Positions 26,202 through 39,542 are shown, counted from the stretch's first letter. The stretch: DNA of 64,000 bases from Octopus vulgaris (GCA_951406725.2 OX597833.1:930001-994000), one strand, 5' to 3'. Program-made: numbers and translations. Notes: a model not told the origin generated them from the sequence alone.

Positions 26202-26772
26202 AGCCAGACATGTTATAGAAGCTTAACTAACACGTCCATTGACCTCACACCCACAAGCTATAATACTACCTCTTACTGTTAATGCTTTGTATTCGTTATT
26301 CCATTATACTGTGGATCAATGAGACAGAAGACATAGTTGTGTTGCTATTGTTATTTTTTCTTCAATTTCTTCTTTTTCAATGAAAGACTACCATAAGGTG
26401 TCCATCGCTATGCTAGGCCTACTGAGGAGCTTCTGTGAACTCTGAGTATGTACCGATTCTTTCTGTCGTCTGGTCTTCCAGTCTTGTTCCCTATGCATTG
26501 GTGTCTTCCATCTTCCTGCACCAAATGACTAACAATTCCCTATGCAGAGGGAGGTGATTACACATCAACCTGGTACAGAATACTAGCATTAATCTTACGC
26601 ACCAGTCGATTTTCACTAGTTTGGGGGCCGCTGGTTGCAAACATTCTGTTCTATTTTCGGGAGTTGCTAATAACAAGGGGTCACATATTGATACTAACGT
26701 TGAAACAAATAAGCTACCCACATCCACACCATATATTCTTCTACCGATCCATTCTTGTTGCTTTTTTCTTGG

Positions 26773-26819
<47 letters not shown>

Positions 26820-27494
26820 ATTATATACACCTATATGCACACACACACACACATGTACTTACACATATAACTATGTATATTCATGCATAAACTCATACAT
26901 AGGTGTACGTGTGTGTCTATATACATACACACATTAATACATATGCATATATTATACTCTTTACTCTTTACTCTTTTACTTGTTTCAGTCATTTGACTGC
27001 GGCCATGCTGGAGCACCGCCTTTAATAGAGCAACACGTTAGGCCGGGACAACGCAATCACAACCCCCCCCCGCACATTTCAGAATCGATGAAATGTGAAA
27101 CCGTTGAGGGTCCTTTTTGATTGAACGGGTAAGCGTCTATTATCATGCGTTCGTTTCAGATGTTGAGACGTTTGAGTGAGACCGTGTAAAGAAAGAGGTC
27201 TGAGGCATGGACAAGCAAAATCCTCTGAGTTGCACCCCAACAAGGCTCTCGCCTTCGTGATAGTCTTATAGGTGAGTACTCTCTTCCCAGTTTTGCCCTC
27301 CGTAGACTTTCCTTCTGTTTCCAAAGACGAGTTCCAAAATGAAACATTATTGATTTTAGACATTAGGAAAAAAGTCAAAGAACCCATCATTTTCTCCTAC
27401 TCCTAAAATTTCTCTTCTGACGATTTTGCTACTAAAAATTCTTCTCATCTCTTCTCTTTGATTCTGTTTAAACGTATATACTTGGGCGCGACAT

Positions 27495-28022
27495 ATCGAC
27501 CCCCGTACGCAACTGGTACTTAATTTATCGACCCCGAAAGGATGAAAGGCAAAGTCGACCTGGGCGGAATTAGAACTCAGAACGTAGCGGCAGACGAAAT
27601 ACCTATTTCTTTTATTACCCACAAGGGGCTAAACATAGAGGGGACAAACAAGGACAGACATAGGTATTAAGTCGATTACATCGACCCCAGTGCGGAACTG
27701 GTACTTAATTTATCGACCCCGAAAGGATGAAAGGCAAAGTCGACCTGGGCGGAATTAGAACTCAGAACGTAGCGGCAGACGAAATACCTATTTCTTTACT
27801 ACCCACAAGGGGCTAAACATAGAGGGGACAAACAAGGACAGACATAGGTATTAAGTCGATTACATCGACCCCAGTGCGGAACTGGTACTTAATTTATCGA
27901 TCCCGAAAGGATGAAAGGCAAAGTCGACCTGGGTGGAATTAGAACTCAGAACGTAACGGCAGACGAAATACCGCTAAGCATTTCGACCGGTGTGCTAACG
28001 ATTCTGCCATCTCGCCGCCTTA
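27495..28022 (-). mobile_element. Family-B SINE multimer
   Basis: Same 184-bp body repeated about 2.5 times with one head. Confidence 0.85.
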
Positions 28023-28219
28023 GACCTATCTATAGTTGGCTTCCATCTAATCAAAATTCTTAAACGACTAGGAATGATTTAAGCGGGTAATAGATATTAT
28101 GTTTTGTTGGTCAAAGGAGTCACGTACTATATTGTAATGTCTAGTCGAGAGGTTTTCTGTGATGGTCACTGTGCGGTTTGTTTAGGTCCTGTTAAGATTA
28201 AATTTGTCTTACGAGAAAG

Positions 28220-28298
<79 letters not shown>

Positions 28299-28347
28299 GA
28301 GAGAAAAGGGAAGAGCTAAGAAAATAAAGTTACCGTCCTTTACTTAC

Positions 28348-28465
28348 CAGCTGAAGTATATGAATACATCATCGCTATCATCATCATCGACATCAGCAGT
28401 TTGGCAGGCAAACCCGAAGATCTCCAAGACCCTTCACCAACATTAATATAACCACGAGACATCAT
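28348..28465 (-). CDS. Gene B exon 1 (signal peptide)
   Basis: MMSRGYINVGEGSWRSSGLPAKLLMSMMMIAMMYSYTSA plus G|gtaagt; hydrophobic core and T-S-A cleavage motif. Confidence 0.88.
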
Positions 28466-28530
28466 GCTTGGTCCGAATAAAATATAAATGCTTGAGCACT
28501 TTCTATTAATTCTTCGTAACCAATTAGCTT

Positions 28531-28707
28531 ATTCGTGATATAATGAAGCTAATTAATTAACAGATATGTACACATCCGAAACCGACAGGAATATCAGAGC
28601 GAATGATATGAAGTGAAGTTGTTCTGTTTGTAACAACTAACACAAACAACTCACAACTAAAATGCGATGATCACGTGATATCTGGTTTTATTCGTTTAGA
28701 ATCATTC
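28531..28707 (-). promoter_or_regulatory. Conserved proximal promoter block of gene B
   Basis: TCACGTGA at 28671-28678 and AAGTGAA at 28611-28617; aligns with C and A. Confidence 0.6.
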
Positions 28708-28752
28708 TGCTACAAATTAAATTCCCCCACTCCTATACTTCCAAATTTATAC

Positions 28753-28789
<37 letters not shown>

Positions 28790-29076
28790 TATATATATGT
28801 GTGTGTGTGTATGTGTGTGACTTATAATGAATGTAAGAGTGAGGAGTAGAAGCGTGAAAGAAACAACAAATGATGAAGATAAAGGAATTTTTATTGACAG
28901 TGAATTGCCCTGGTTTCGTTAATCAATCAGATGAAAAGAAGGGCCCCCGTTCCGAGAGAAAGCATTTAAGATTAAGAAGAGAAATCATTAAAGATAATGA
29001 GTGAGAAAAAGGTTGTGTGGACTTTAAGAGAGAATCAAAGAGAGTGAGAGTGAGGAAGGGAAAGCTAGAGAGATAG

Positions 29077-29152
<76 letters not shown>

Positions 29153-29376
29153 TAAGGTACAGGGTGTACCGAGGATGGGTTAGAGGTAGAGAGAAACAGG
29201 GTGGAAGAGAAACCAGAGTTTTGGTTGGATAAAGTTAAGTAAAAGCGTGTGAGTCATAATTGTTTTCAATTTAGGTACAATGCCTGACGTTTTGAGGGAG
29301 GGGGCAAATCGAGTACATCGGCCCCTAGTACTCAGGTGGTACTTATTTTGTGGGTGTTGCATTTCAGATTATGTAA

Positions 29377-29660
29377 AAAGAACATAACGAGTACATATGA
29401 TGGAAAACCCGTGGTATTTTTATGCACATCAAGAAATAATACTTGAGGATAAAGCCAGTCCAATAGCAGGGTATATAATATAATACCTTAATTAGCCCTT
29501 AATTGAGTTAAAATTAGCATTAGATAACTCAAGCAGGGACTAATTAAGCTAGTATATTTTATACCCTGCTATTGTACTGGTTTTATTCTCAAGTATTATT
29601 TCTTGATGTGTATATAAATACCACGAGTTTTCTATCATAAGTACTCGCTGTGTTCTTGTT
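29377..29660. repeat. ~285-bp imperfect palindrome (foldback/MITE-like) upstream of gene B
   Basis: 29380-29480 is the reverse complement of 29553-29657, and the centre (CTTAATTAG...CTAATTAAG) is also inverted. Confidence 0.8.
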
Positions 29661-29767
29661 GTATTATATATGCATATGTATGTATCTATATATGTATATG
29701 TATGTATATATGTATATGTATGTATGTATGCATGTATATATATATATATATATTTATATACATATAT

Positions 29768-29828
<61 letters not shown>

Positions 29829-30128
29829 ATTAATTTATAAAAATATGGTAAAGTAAAAAAATTCGCTTTACCACACACCGAACTTTTCAGAAATAGCAGC
29901 CAAAAATTTGGCTATTTCTTCAACTGCAAATAAAAGTCTCCAGACAATGCATACTCAGAAAATAACTCACATAGGTATAAGGGAAAAACAATGAAAAATC
30001 ACATCCATATACGATACCCGAGGACAGTCTGTTTCTGGATTTGTGGGTAAAACGCCACTTTTCCTTCATCAGCTCAGAGATTTCTTCTGATTTAGATTTG
30101 AAAATACTAAGAATCTAACATACCCGTC

Positions 30129-30208
<80 letters not shown>

Positions 30209-30209
30209 A

Positions 30210-30266
<57 letters not shown>

Positions 30267-30280
30267 GCATACATACATAC

Positions 30281-33142
30281 ATGGCTCTCACAGAAACGCA
30301 TCTTGAACCCGATATAGGTGATGCAGAAATACACATGCCGCAATATGCAGTCATACGCACAGATAGAAAAGGGAGGAGCCATGGTGGAGTTGCAATGTAC
30401 ATCCGAGATGACCTCACGCCCCAGGTCCTGTTGTCATATTCAAACTCAGTGTGTGAAACTCAAATTGTACACATAAGACAACTGAATATCGTCATATGTA
30501 CTACATATCGCCCACCAGATGCCCCAAAACACTCAGGCATGTTTGAAGATTGCCTAACAAAAATAGGAGAAGTCCTCACCAACCTTGAACAACACAACAG
30601 TGTATTCTTCATGGGTGACTTTAACCTCCCCAATGTGGAATGGCCTGGGGGGCAGATGCTTCCAGGGATGACACACCATCAGCAGGCACAGGTGGAGTCC
30701 CTGCTCCATCTCACAAATGCCTCTTTCATGGAGCAAATAGTTCTGCAACCAACAAGGGCAGATAATATACTGGATCTCTGCTTCACAAACAATATGGATA
30801 TTATCCATAATGTTAATGTGATGCCGACAATGATCTCGGATCACAACATAATAGAGCTGTCTATGTATGGAACAAAAGCCCCCGTGGACACACAACCTAT
30901 ACGAAGCATCCACCATCTCTCCAACTTAAACTTTCATAAAGCCAACTGGAAGTTGATTGAGAAAGAGATCCTCAAACAAGATTGGCCTGAATGTCTCTCC
31001 ACACCGGACATAAACATGAAACACAAACATTTCATGTCCATAATACAAGCCATATGTGACAAATATGTCCCAGTGTGCAGGGCCAGCACACACAAGAACA
31101 AAAACAGGATCCCTAGAGAAAGGAGGATTCTTATGAGACGACGGACAAGGATTGCGAACCGCCTGAGCAAGCACACCAAAAGTGGTGAGAAGTCTCGGCT
31201 CGAAAGAATGCTAATGGAAACTGAGAAAAGTCTACATCAGTCCCATGAAAAGGAGAGAGCAGATAAAGAAGCTTGGGTAATAGAAAATATAAAATCAAAC
31301 CCTAAAGCTTTCTTTAAGTTTGCCAAAGAGACAGCCACAGTGCACCAGAGAATAGGACCTCTCTTCCAAAAAGATGGATCTCTCACAGGAAATCCCACGA
31401 GGATAAGTGAAATACTGAACGAACAGTTCCAAAGTGTGTTCACTACACCTCTAGGACACAGGCAAGTAAACAACCCAGAAGAATTCTTTGCCACAAAATC
31501 AGCTGCTGGACCTGATGGATTCCCAGCGATCCTTCTCAAATCGTGCAAACGAGCCCTTGCAAAACCGCTACAGCTTCTTTTTCAGAGCTTTCTTGCAAGT
31601 GGTAAGCTCCCAGTCAAATTGAAAGAGGGGGTAATATGCCCTATCCATAAGGGAGGTAGCAGAGCAGATGCTAAAAATAATAGGCCTATCTCTCTGACCT
31701 CACACATCAGCAAAGTCATGGAACGAATAGTCCGTAAGAAACTAATCATGTTCCTTGAAGAAAATGACTTGCTGTCTGACACCCAGCATGGATTTCGACC
31801 AGGTAGAGGCTGCCTAACACAGCTCCTGCAACACTATGACTGGGTGTTGAAACAGTTACTAAATGGCTCAAATGTGGATGTAATATATCTCGACTTTGCA
31901 AAAGCCTTTGATAAAGTTGACCATGGTATGATCTGTCACAAACTGCGTGGTCTCGACATAGGCGGAAAACTTGGAGAGTGGCTGCACAACTTCCTAAAAG
32001 ACAGAAAACAAGCAGTTGTGAGCAATGGAGCCACCTCCAAGGAAACGCAAATAACAAGCGGTGTCCCACAGGGCACTGTCTTGGGGCCACTGATGTTCAT
32101 AGTGGCCCTTTCAGACATGCCTTCAGTTGCTACGATGACCACCCTTGCTAGCTATGCAGATGACACAAAAGTCTCCCACGCAATACAAAACCCTGAAAAT
32201 ATTGCGCATCTGCAACATGAGCTGGACACAATATACAGGTGGGCTGAGGACAACAACATGCAGTTTAATGCAGGTAAGTTCCAGGCCCTGCGCTACTGGC
32301 ACACAAAGGTAAACGACGTGAAGACTGGATACACTGGCCCAGGAAGAATTGCAATCCCTGAGTCAAAATCAGTGCGTGACCTGGGCATTGACATGAGCAA
32401 TGATGCATCTTTCCAAGTGCATATTGCTAATCTGGTGATAAAATGCAGACGGCTAGCTGGATGGATTCTCCGAACTTTCAGAACAAGAGAGAAGGAGACA
32501 CTGATGGTCCTATGGAAGACATTCGTCCTCAGCCGCTTGGACTACTGCTCCCAACTGTGGTCACCACACAATATAAAACTAACAGCAGAACTCGAAGCAA
32601 TTCAGAGAAGCTACACAAAGAAAATCGTCTCAATGCAAAATATCAGCTACTGGGAAAGATTGAAGGTATTAAACCTCTTCTCCCTAGAGCGGAGGCGGGA
32701 GAGATATGCGGTGATATACATCTGGAAAATCCTGGAGGGTCTTGTCCCAAACTTTGGCATTCAAAGTTACCCTAACCGCAGAACGGGGCGCCACTGCATG
32801 GTGCCAAGGATTCCAACATCACCATCAAAATACAGGTCCAGATACTGCAACAGCTTGGGTTTCAGAGGACCACAGCTCTTTAACATCCTCCCTAAATGCC
32901 TGAGAGACTTACATGGTGTGGATGTGGGTTTCTTTAAAACTAAACTGGATCTCTTCTTGTTGGGAGTCCCAGATGAACCTACCTCACGACAGGAGACTCG
33001 GATGCAGGCAGCAGCATCGAACTCCCTTGTTGATCAAGTGCCACGTATCAGAGGTGGATTCACAAATTAGTGTAGCTCATTCAGCGGTGGTGGCCCAGCA
33101 TGGCCGCGGCCTTCGGGCTAAAACATTTTAAAGGATTTAAGG

Positions 33143-33145
<3 letters not shown>
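30281..33145 (+). mobile_element. CR1-group LINE with a 929-codon open ORF2 (APE endonuclease plus RT), 5'-truncated
   Basis: ORF 30281-33070 contains TETHL, GGVAMY, YRPP, MGDFN, ILDL, SDHN (APE) and [33 protein letters not shown] (RT). The 3' stem-loop tail and (GGATTTAA) repeats follow. The first 26 codons of the track ORF are microsatellite. Confidence 0.95.
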
Positions 33146-33202
<57 letters not shown>

Positions 33203-33232
33203 TTACATATAAGAGAGAGGGTACGCACTCCG

Positions 33233-33268
<36 letters not shown>

Positions 33269-33636
33269 ATAAAAAAATACAAACTGGGACAAGAACGCAA
33301 AACATTTAGAAGACGATACAAAAGACACGGACAGGACATTCGAAGCCTTCAATCTTCAGTCAAGAACCGGATCATCCTCGCAATTTCGGCTGATTAATCT
33401 TGAGATTGCTCCAATCTGGCCAGCCCCAAGGAAAAACTAAGCTAAGCGCATTAGATTCCTTGGAAGGAAGCTTCACACTTACAGGGAAAAATTCAATTTA
33501 GTATTAAATCAAATTTCACAGTATAAATATATAAAATATAATTTAGAGATAAAACCACTATCATGCATTATGTCTATCACTGTTTGGTAGTGGTTTTATC
33601 TCTAATTTATATTTTATATATATGTGTATATATATA

Positions 33637-34112
33637 TGATGACCGTCCACTCGTGACCGAGGAAGACCATTGCTGACCTTCAGGAACATTTTGCATTTGC
33701 GGCTCCGTTGGTGACTAATGAGCCCTGCTCTTGACAAGCATACACGACTGCAAACATTGCAGACCAAGCTTTCCCCATTCACTATACGAGCCGTGCTCTT
33801 TCGCGCAGCTCGCTTAAGTTCTTCATGCTGGATACGTGCTCTCTCAAAAGTGTCGATCCCCTCCTTAACCTGCTTCCTCCATCTGTGGCGATGACAGGCA
33901 TTGTTCTCCCAGTCAGTGTCCTGCATATCAAAAGCCTTTAACGAGGACTTGACACAGTCCTTAAATCGCAGCCTTGGTTTCTGCCAGAGTCTCCTTCCAT
34001 TCACAAGTTCTCCATAGAGCATCTGCTTAGGAATCCTAAGGAATTCTAATAAGGTGTCCAGTCCAACGCAACCGGTGCTTGTGTACCATCGCCTCAATAC
34101 TCAAGATATCAG

Positions 34113-34116
<4 letters not shown>
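33637..34116 (-). mobile_element. RTE-like LINE 3' end embedded in (TA)n
   Basis: IPKQMLYGEL...KPRLRFKD...CNVCSRVCLSRAGLISHQ; near-identical to 53980-54462 in inverted orientation. Confidence 0.88.
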
Positions 34117-34159
<43 letters not shown>

Positions 34160-34273
34160 CAGCAAAAACAATTAAGATTCAAAAGAATTCGAATGAATTC
34201 AAATGAATATGATACTTAACTTAGATGCACCAAGATTCTTTATGGTATTAACCATAAAATTACGTGGGATGAT

Positions 34274-34576
34274 TATAACCAAGAAGAAAGCAACAAGAAT
34301 GGATCGGTAGATTAGTACAATTGTTTCATACTAAAAACATTTTATTTCAAGCTGCAAATATTACAGCAAATATAATGTCAAGTATTCATCAGCTAAATCA
34401 CATATAGGTTATCCATATATACACTCTCTAAGCATATATGGAAAACCAATATGTGATTTAGCTGATGAATACTTGACATTATATTTGCTGTAATATTTGC
34501 AGCTTGAAATAAAATGTTTTTAGTATGAAACAATTGTACTAATCTACCGATCCATTCTTGTTGCTTTTTTCTTGGT

Positions 34577-34580
<4 letters not shown>
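34274..34580. repeat. ~300-bp near-perfect palindrome (MITE/foldback)
   Basis: The 34276-34410 arm is the reverse complement of the 34445-34578 arm. Confidence 0.9.
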
Positions 34581-34636
<56 letters not shown>

Positions 34637-34689
34637 TTAAAATTACTAAGTCTCTCTAAAAGAGAACACGGCAGCGTTCCTGGAAAATA

Positions 34690-34863
34690 ATAGTTATCGC
34701 CATACTAATATGGCATTCTTATAAAAATAAGAATAAAGCTGTTCGAAGGTTATATGGATACAGTTTGTGTATCAAATAGCTAACTTAAGGCGATGGCCTC
34801 ATGGAGCTAATAAGCGGACAGCTTTATTCTTATTTTTATAAGAATGCCATATTTGTATGGCGA

Positions 34864-34870
<7 letters not shown>
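34690..34870. repeat. ~180-bp foldback element with ~55-bp inverted arms
   Basis: ATAGTTATCGCCATACTAATATGGCATTCTTATAAAAATAAGAATAAAGCTGT and its reverse complement; a partial copy lies at 41468-41500. Confidence 0.8.
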
Positions 34871-34917
<47 letters not shown>

Positions 34918-35067
34918 ATTATATACACCTATATGCACACACACGCACACACACACACACACACACATGTACTTACACATATAACTATGTATATTCATGC
35001 ATAAACTCATACATAGGTGTACGTGTGTGTCTATATACATACACACATTAATACATATGCATATGTT

Positions 35068-35483
35068 ATACTCTTTACTCTTTACTCTTTTACTTGTTTC
35101 AGTCATTTGACTGCGGCCATGCTGGAGCACCGCCTTTAATCGAGCAACTCGACCCCGGGACTTATTCTTTTGTAAGCCCAGTACTTATTCTATCGGTCTC
35201 TTTTGCCGAACCGCTAAGTAACGGGGACATAAACACACCAGTATCGGTTGTCAAGCAATTCTAGGGGGACAAACACAGACGCACAAACACACACACGCAT
35301 AAATATATATACATATATACGACGTGCTTCTTTCAGTTTCCGTCTACCAAATCCACTCACGAGGTTTTGGTCGGCCCGAGGCTATAGCAGAAGACAGTTG
35401 CCCAAGGTGCCACGCAGTGGGACTGAACCCGGAACCATGTGGTTGGTAAACAAGCTACTTACCACACAGCTACTCCTGCGCCT
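35068..35483 (-). mobile_element. Family-A SINE downstream of gene A
   Basis: Consensus match. Confidence 0.9.
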
Positions 35484-35671
35484 ATTATGCAAATATCCAT
35501 TGCAAATGTTTCCATTATTAACTGTTTGTACAAATGTGAATCTTATTAAATTAATACACTTCGGTGCACAAAACTAATTATTGCAGTAAATAAGTGGAAT
35601 TTCAATGAATTCTTTTTCCCTAAACATATTCGTTAAAGAAATCTCCAAAAGACAGACACATTTTCAATTGC

Positions 35672-35677
35672 TTTATT
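35672..35677 (-). terminator. Candidate polyadenylation signal AATAAA of gene A
   Basis: Same position in the conserved terminal block as gene B's signal at 15758-15763. Confidence 0.5.
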
Positions 35678-37091
35678 TATCATAATTCCACACGGGTTTT
35701 ACATATAAAATTCGTATATAAATCACTTAATAAATTTCATGAAACGGTTAAGTTTTATCTTTTAAACCATTATAATTTTAATGTATTTCTTAACCAAGTT
35801 TATTTCTACCCCTTTTGTTAACTTAACAAATGGTTATTTTAACCTTATGAAACTATGTGAACATGTTCTGATGGTGTGTATATAGTATTGTAATTAAAAC
35901 TGTAATTGTTAATTTTATTAGGTGTTTATGTTATTACAGTTACTATTACTAAAGTTAGTGATTTACAAAGATTACGGTTACTGATTGATTAGTATTAAAA
36001 GATTAATAATAATTTTATATGATTTGTAACGGGAGAAGTTCCATGAAAGTTGTCTCCGTCACTAAAATTGCCGGTCGATACCAAATGCAGTTAATGTCAA
36101 CAGGAATCTGTAAATAAATAAGTAAATAAATGAATGTGTGAGGAATCCTTTGAATGGGGTTTAAGCAAATTTTGATGGTGCCACTTACTCCGGTGATGTC
36201 GGTAGGCGGAACCTAAAGGTAAGAGACAAACATCAAAGAAGCAAACGATAAAAGAAAAATCGCAGGAGAACACACGAACAGGGGAAGTAACCAGCATTTC
36301 GACTGGGACGAGACTCGAGTGTGAGAGAAGCAATACTATAGAATAAATAAATATACAGAGACGTATTGATATGTATTTAGTCTCAATGTAAAACTAGGCC
36401 CACGAGGGTATTTTGTGTTGCTGGAAATGCGTATAGGCTTCTGGTGTGTTTGTGAGAACTGAGAGACTTGATCGAAGAGTTTGGGGAATAAACTGGCGCA
36501 CTCTGGGTACCCAGACGTATTAGTAAAATTAATTCGAACAAAGGCAAAAAGTGAATCGGATGAAAGGGCGATGTTTATGTGTAGACCCCAATATTGCATT
36601 TCTGGAGATGCACACGAAATTCCATTTGTTTCTGATGATCTTAGGGTGGTGAGGATTATATCTTGCAAATTGACGTCTTCCCTCTGTGTCTCAGAATCAA
36701 TGCCACCACCCACATCGGCGTGCTGGTCACCTTTAAGCCCTCGGCGGGTGGATTGCCCCTCAGAAAGCCCCGCATGTGTCTTGGCATGACTGAATTCTCG
36801 TCAACATTGTTCATGTGTCACAGCAGTTGCTGGTCGTGAATAGTCATAAATATGTGACCACCCAGCAGGACTCATGCATCTGGAGAGTCGTTGAGAGAGA
36901 AAGAGGGGGAGAAAGAAGAAATAGGGAGAGGTGGAGGGAAAATATGGAGAGAGAGAGAGAGAAAGAGAGAGACAGAGGAGAGAGAAAGAGAAAGAGTAAA
37001 GGAGAGAAATAGAGAGTGAGAGAGAGAGGGGGGAGAGAGACAGAGGGAGGGAAGAGTGTGAAAGAGAGGAGGAGAGAGACAGAGGGAGGGA

Positions 37092-37125
<34 letters not shown>

Positions 37126-37674
37126 TGAGAGAGAGAGGTGGACCTATTGGTCGCTTCCTATTATTACAGACGCGTTGAAGGCTGCCATTTTGTGTGTGAT
37201 GTATAAAACAAAGGGAAACCCCTGGATCCCTGGAAACGGTCTTTTCTCTGGATTTAACGAGGCCATCATTCAGGCAGAGAGTGGTGTCTTTGTATAACTG
37301 GCTTATTTGATATATTAAATGGTATCCATATCACTCTACAGGCCGATCTCTGTGACATTTGGTCTAAATAACTGTTGGTAGACACCTTTACAGAATGGAG
37401 TTCTTGGGTCCAACGGAGAGGGAGCTTCACAGCTGTAGGGGTTAACTGTACCAAGAAGCTTGTACCTCTTCAAGATGGATTTTATTGCAGCGCGCAACAC
37501 CCCCCTCCACCATACCCATGTATATGAAGAGGGCGAAAATGAGTTTGCGGAACGATGAGGAGGGGTAGGAAGGAGATGAACGAGAGGAAAATTAAGAAGC
37601 AGAAAGAAAACGGAAAAGAAAGAAATTTATCTTTACAAACCTTCGTTATCGTCTTTGTGCAAAAAAGAATGACA

Positions 37675-37769
37675 CTAACAAGAAATTGCAGCAGCCAAAA
37701 GCAGAAGAATGAGATTAACGGCCAAAATCCATTTGGAGTATAAAATACCAGAAGGAGCACTGTTAAAAT
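37675..37769 (-). CDS. Gene A exon 4: GPI-anchor-signal-like C-terminus
   Basis: tttatcttacag acceptor, then (D)FNSAPSGILYSKWILAVNLILLLLAAAISC*; candidate omega site at N-S-A. Confidence 0.82.
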
Positions 37770-38417
37770 CTGTAAGATAAAGTATAGGCGTGTCAAGGAA
37801 AATATTTACGGATAAATTCATATGCTTTGATGTTTATACGTACGCTGTATTTTCATATACTAGTTTAAAATATCAGTCTGCTGACGCGCAATTCTCTGTG
37901 ATATCAAACCTAACGAGAAACTATTCTGTTATGCAAACTAAGAAAGCACGTGTTACTTTCAAAGTGCTCTCATTGGTTGGAAGAGCAATTACGGCAGATG
38001 TGCTACGTATACAAATTTACAGGAATAACAAGTGGGGAAGGTTGTTATGAAATACCTTCAGAAACCGTTTAGTTGACTTCTGCTTCTAGAAGCCATTTCA
38101 CCAGCTAAATATTAGACCGAAAAAGAAAAAAAAAGAAACCTAATTAGTGTTGAGATTTCTATTAAATCAATGACCTAATTAGTGTTGAAGTTTGAGGCGA
38201 AGCATCTTAGAAAACGGTTTGAATATTTAAACATTCAACCGTAAAAATCTAAGGAATGCAACAATGTTTTCTGTCTGCAAGAAGACAAGCAGCAGGGGAT
38301 ACTTTTAAATATTTTTGTTAAAGGATCACAACAGGAGACCTTTAACAATGGTCTTCGTATGAGGACATAGAAAAGCTTTATACAGTGAACAATGAAACAC
38401 AAAGAATATTTACTTAC

Positions 38418-38738
38418 CCACACGTGGTTGATTGACTACTATGGCACGTGTCTCTTGAAATACTGTACAGGAAATGACTGTAGGATTAATGGAGTGATCG
38501 TGGCCCAAATGGTGATGATAAGATGAAGTTACGTTAGCATAACATTTATCCGAACCCCAAACATTCACTTTGTCCCATTTCTCGCTCGTCATTTGAAAAC
38601 CGTGCATTACTTTCCAGTGAAAGACGACTTCACTTGCAGTAGGTACTGCTGCACGTGCCGTACAGTTGAATACATCCGCGTGTTTCATTGCAGCAGCATG
38701 GTTGTGGACGTGCTCCAGACTGTGAAGAGAAGATTTCA
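38418..38738 (-). CDS. Gene A exon 3: His-rich C2-like Ig domain
   Basis: 321 nt with canonical splice sites; VKSSLHSLEHVHNH...FNCTA...FHWK...CYANVTSSYHHHLGHDHS...ISCTV. Confidence 0.88.
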
Positions 38739-38894
38739 CTGAAAATAAAATAGACGTTAGAATAATAGAATCAAAATAACGAACTGGATGTAGGCACAGA
38801 AACAAATGAAAGCGTTGATACAAAACTAGAATGCTGAACACTGCTGAAACTAAGTTCTGGTTATAAGTTTTAGGGCCTGTACAATGGATATCTC

Positions 38895-38927
<33 letters not shown>

Positions 38928-39124
38928 TTAGGGAGGTTCACAGCTGTATGGGTGAACCGTATCAAGAAGTTTGCAGAGGATCAACTCACTTATTTTATAG
39001 ATAAAGTAGTGCATGAGGAAGTGCACGATGTGCATGGAGACTATACCTACATCAACACAGAAGCGGGTGCACATAAGCACACTCACATACACCCACATAT
39101 ATATGTATATATATATATATATAT

Positions 39125-39181
<57 letters not shown>

Positions 39182-39256
39182 AAAAACTGTCCGATGAACG
39201 GCAACGGGAAACCCAGAGTAACAGGTTTTGTTGAATTTTCTGGTGCTTTAAATAAA

Positions 39257-39292
<36 letters not shown>

Positions 39293-39331
39293 TCATATTT
39301 GTATGTATATATCTATATCTATATATATATG

Positions 39332-39362
<31 letters not shown>

Positions 39363-39379
39363 GTATATATATATGTATG

Positions 39380-39410
<31 letters not shown>

Positions 39411-39453
39411 GTATATATATATGTATATATATATATATATGTATATATATATG

Positions 39454-39542
<89 letters not shown>

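Noticed and set aside
36336-36713. 125-aa ORF as a standalone gene
   Set aside because: No ATG start or recognisable domain, and it lies inside gene A's presumptive 3' UTR; treated only as part of the fossil-tail hypothesis.
37482-37796. Track ORFs 37482-37796 and 16789-17223 as multi-pass membrane proteins
   Set aside because: They are alternative frames over exon 4 and T-rich UTR; the phase-1 spliced frame conserved in both paralogs is different.
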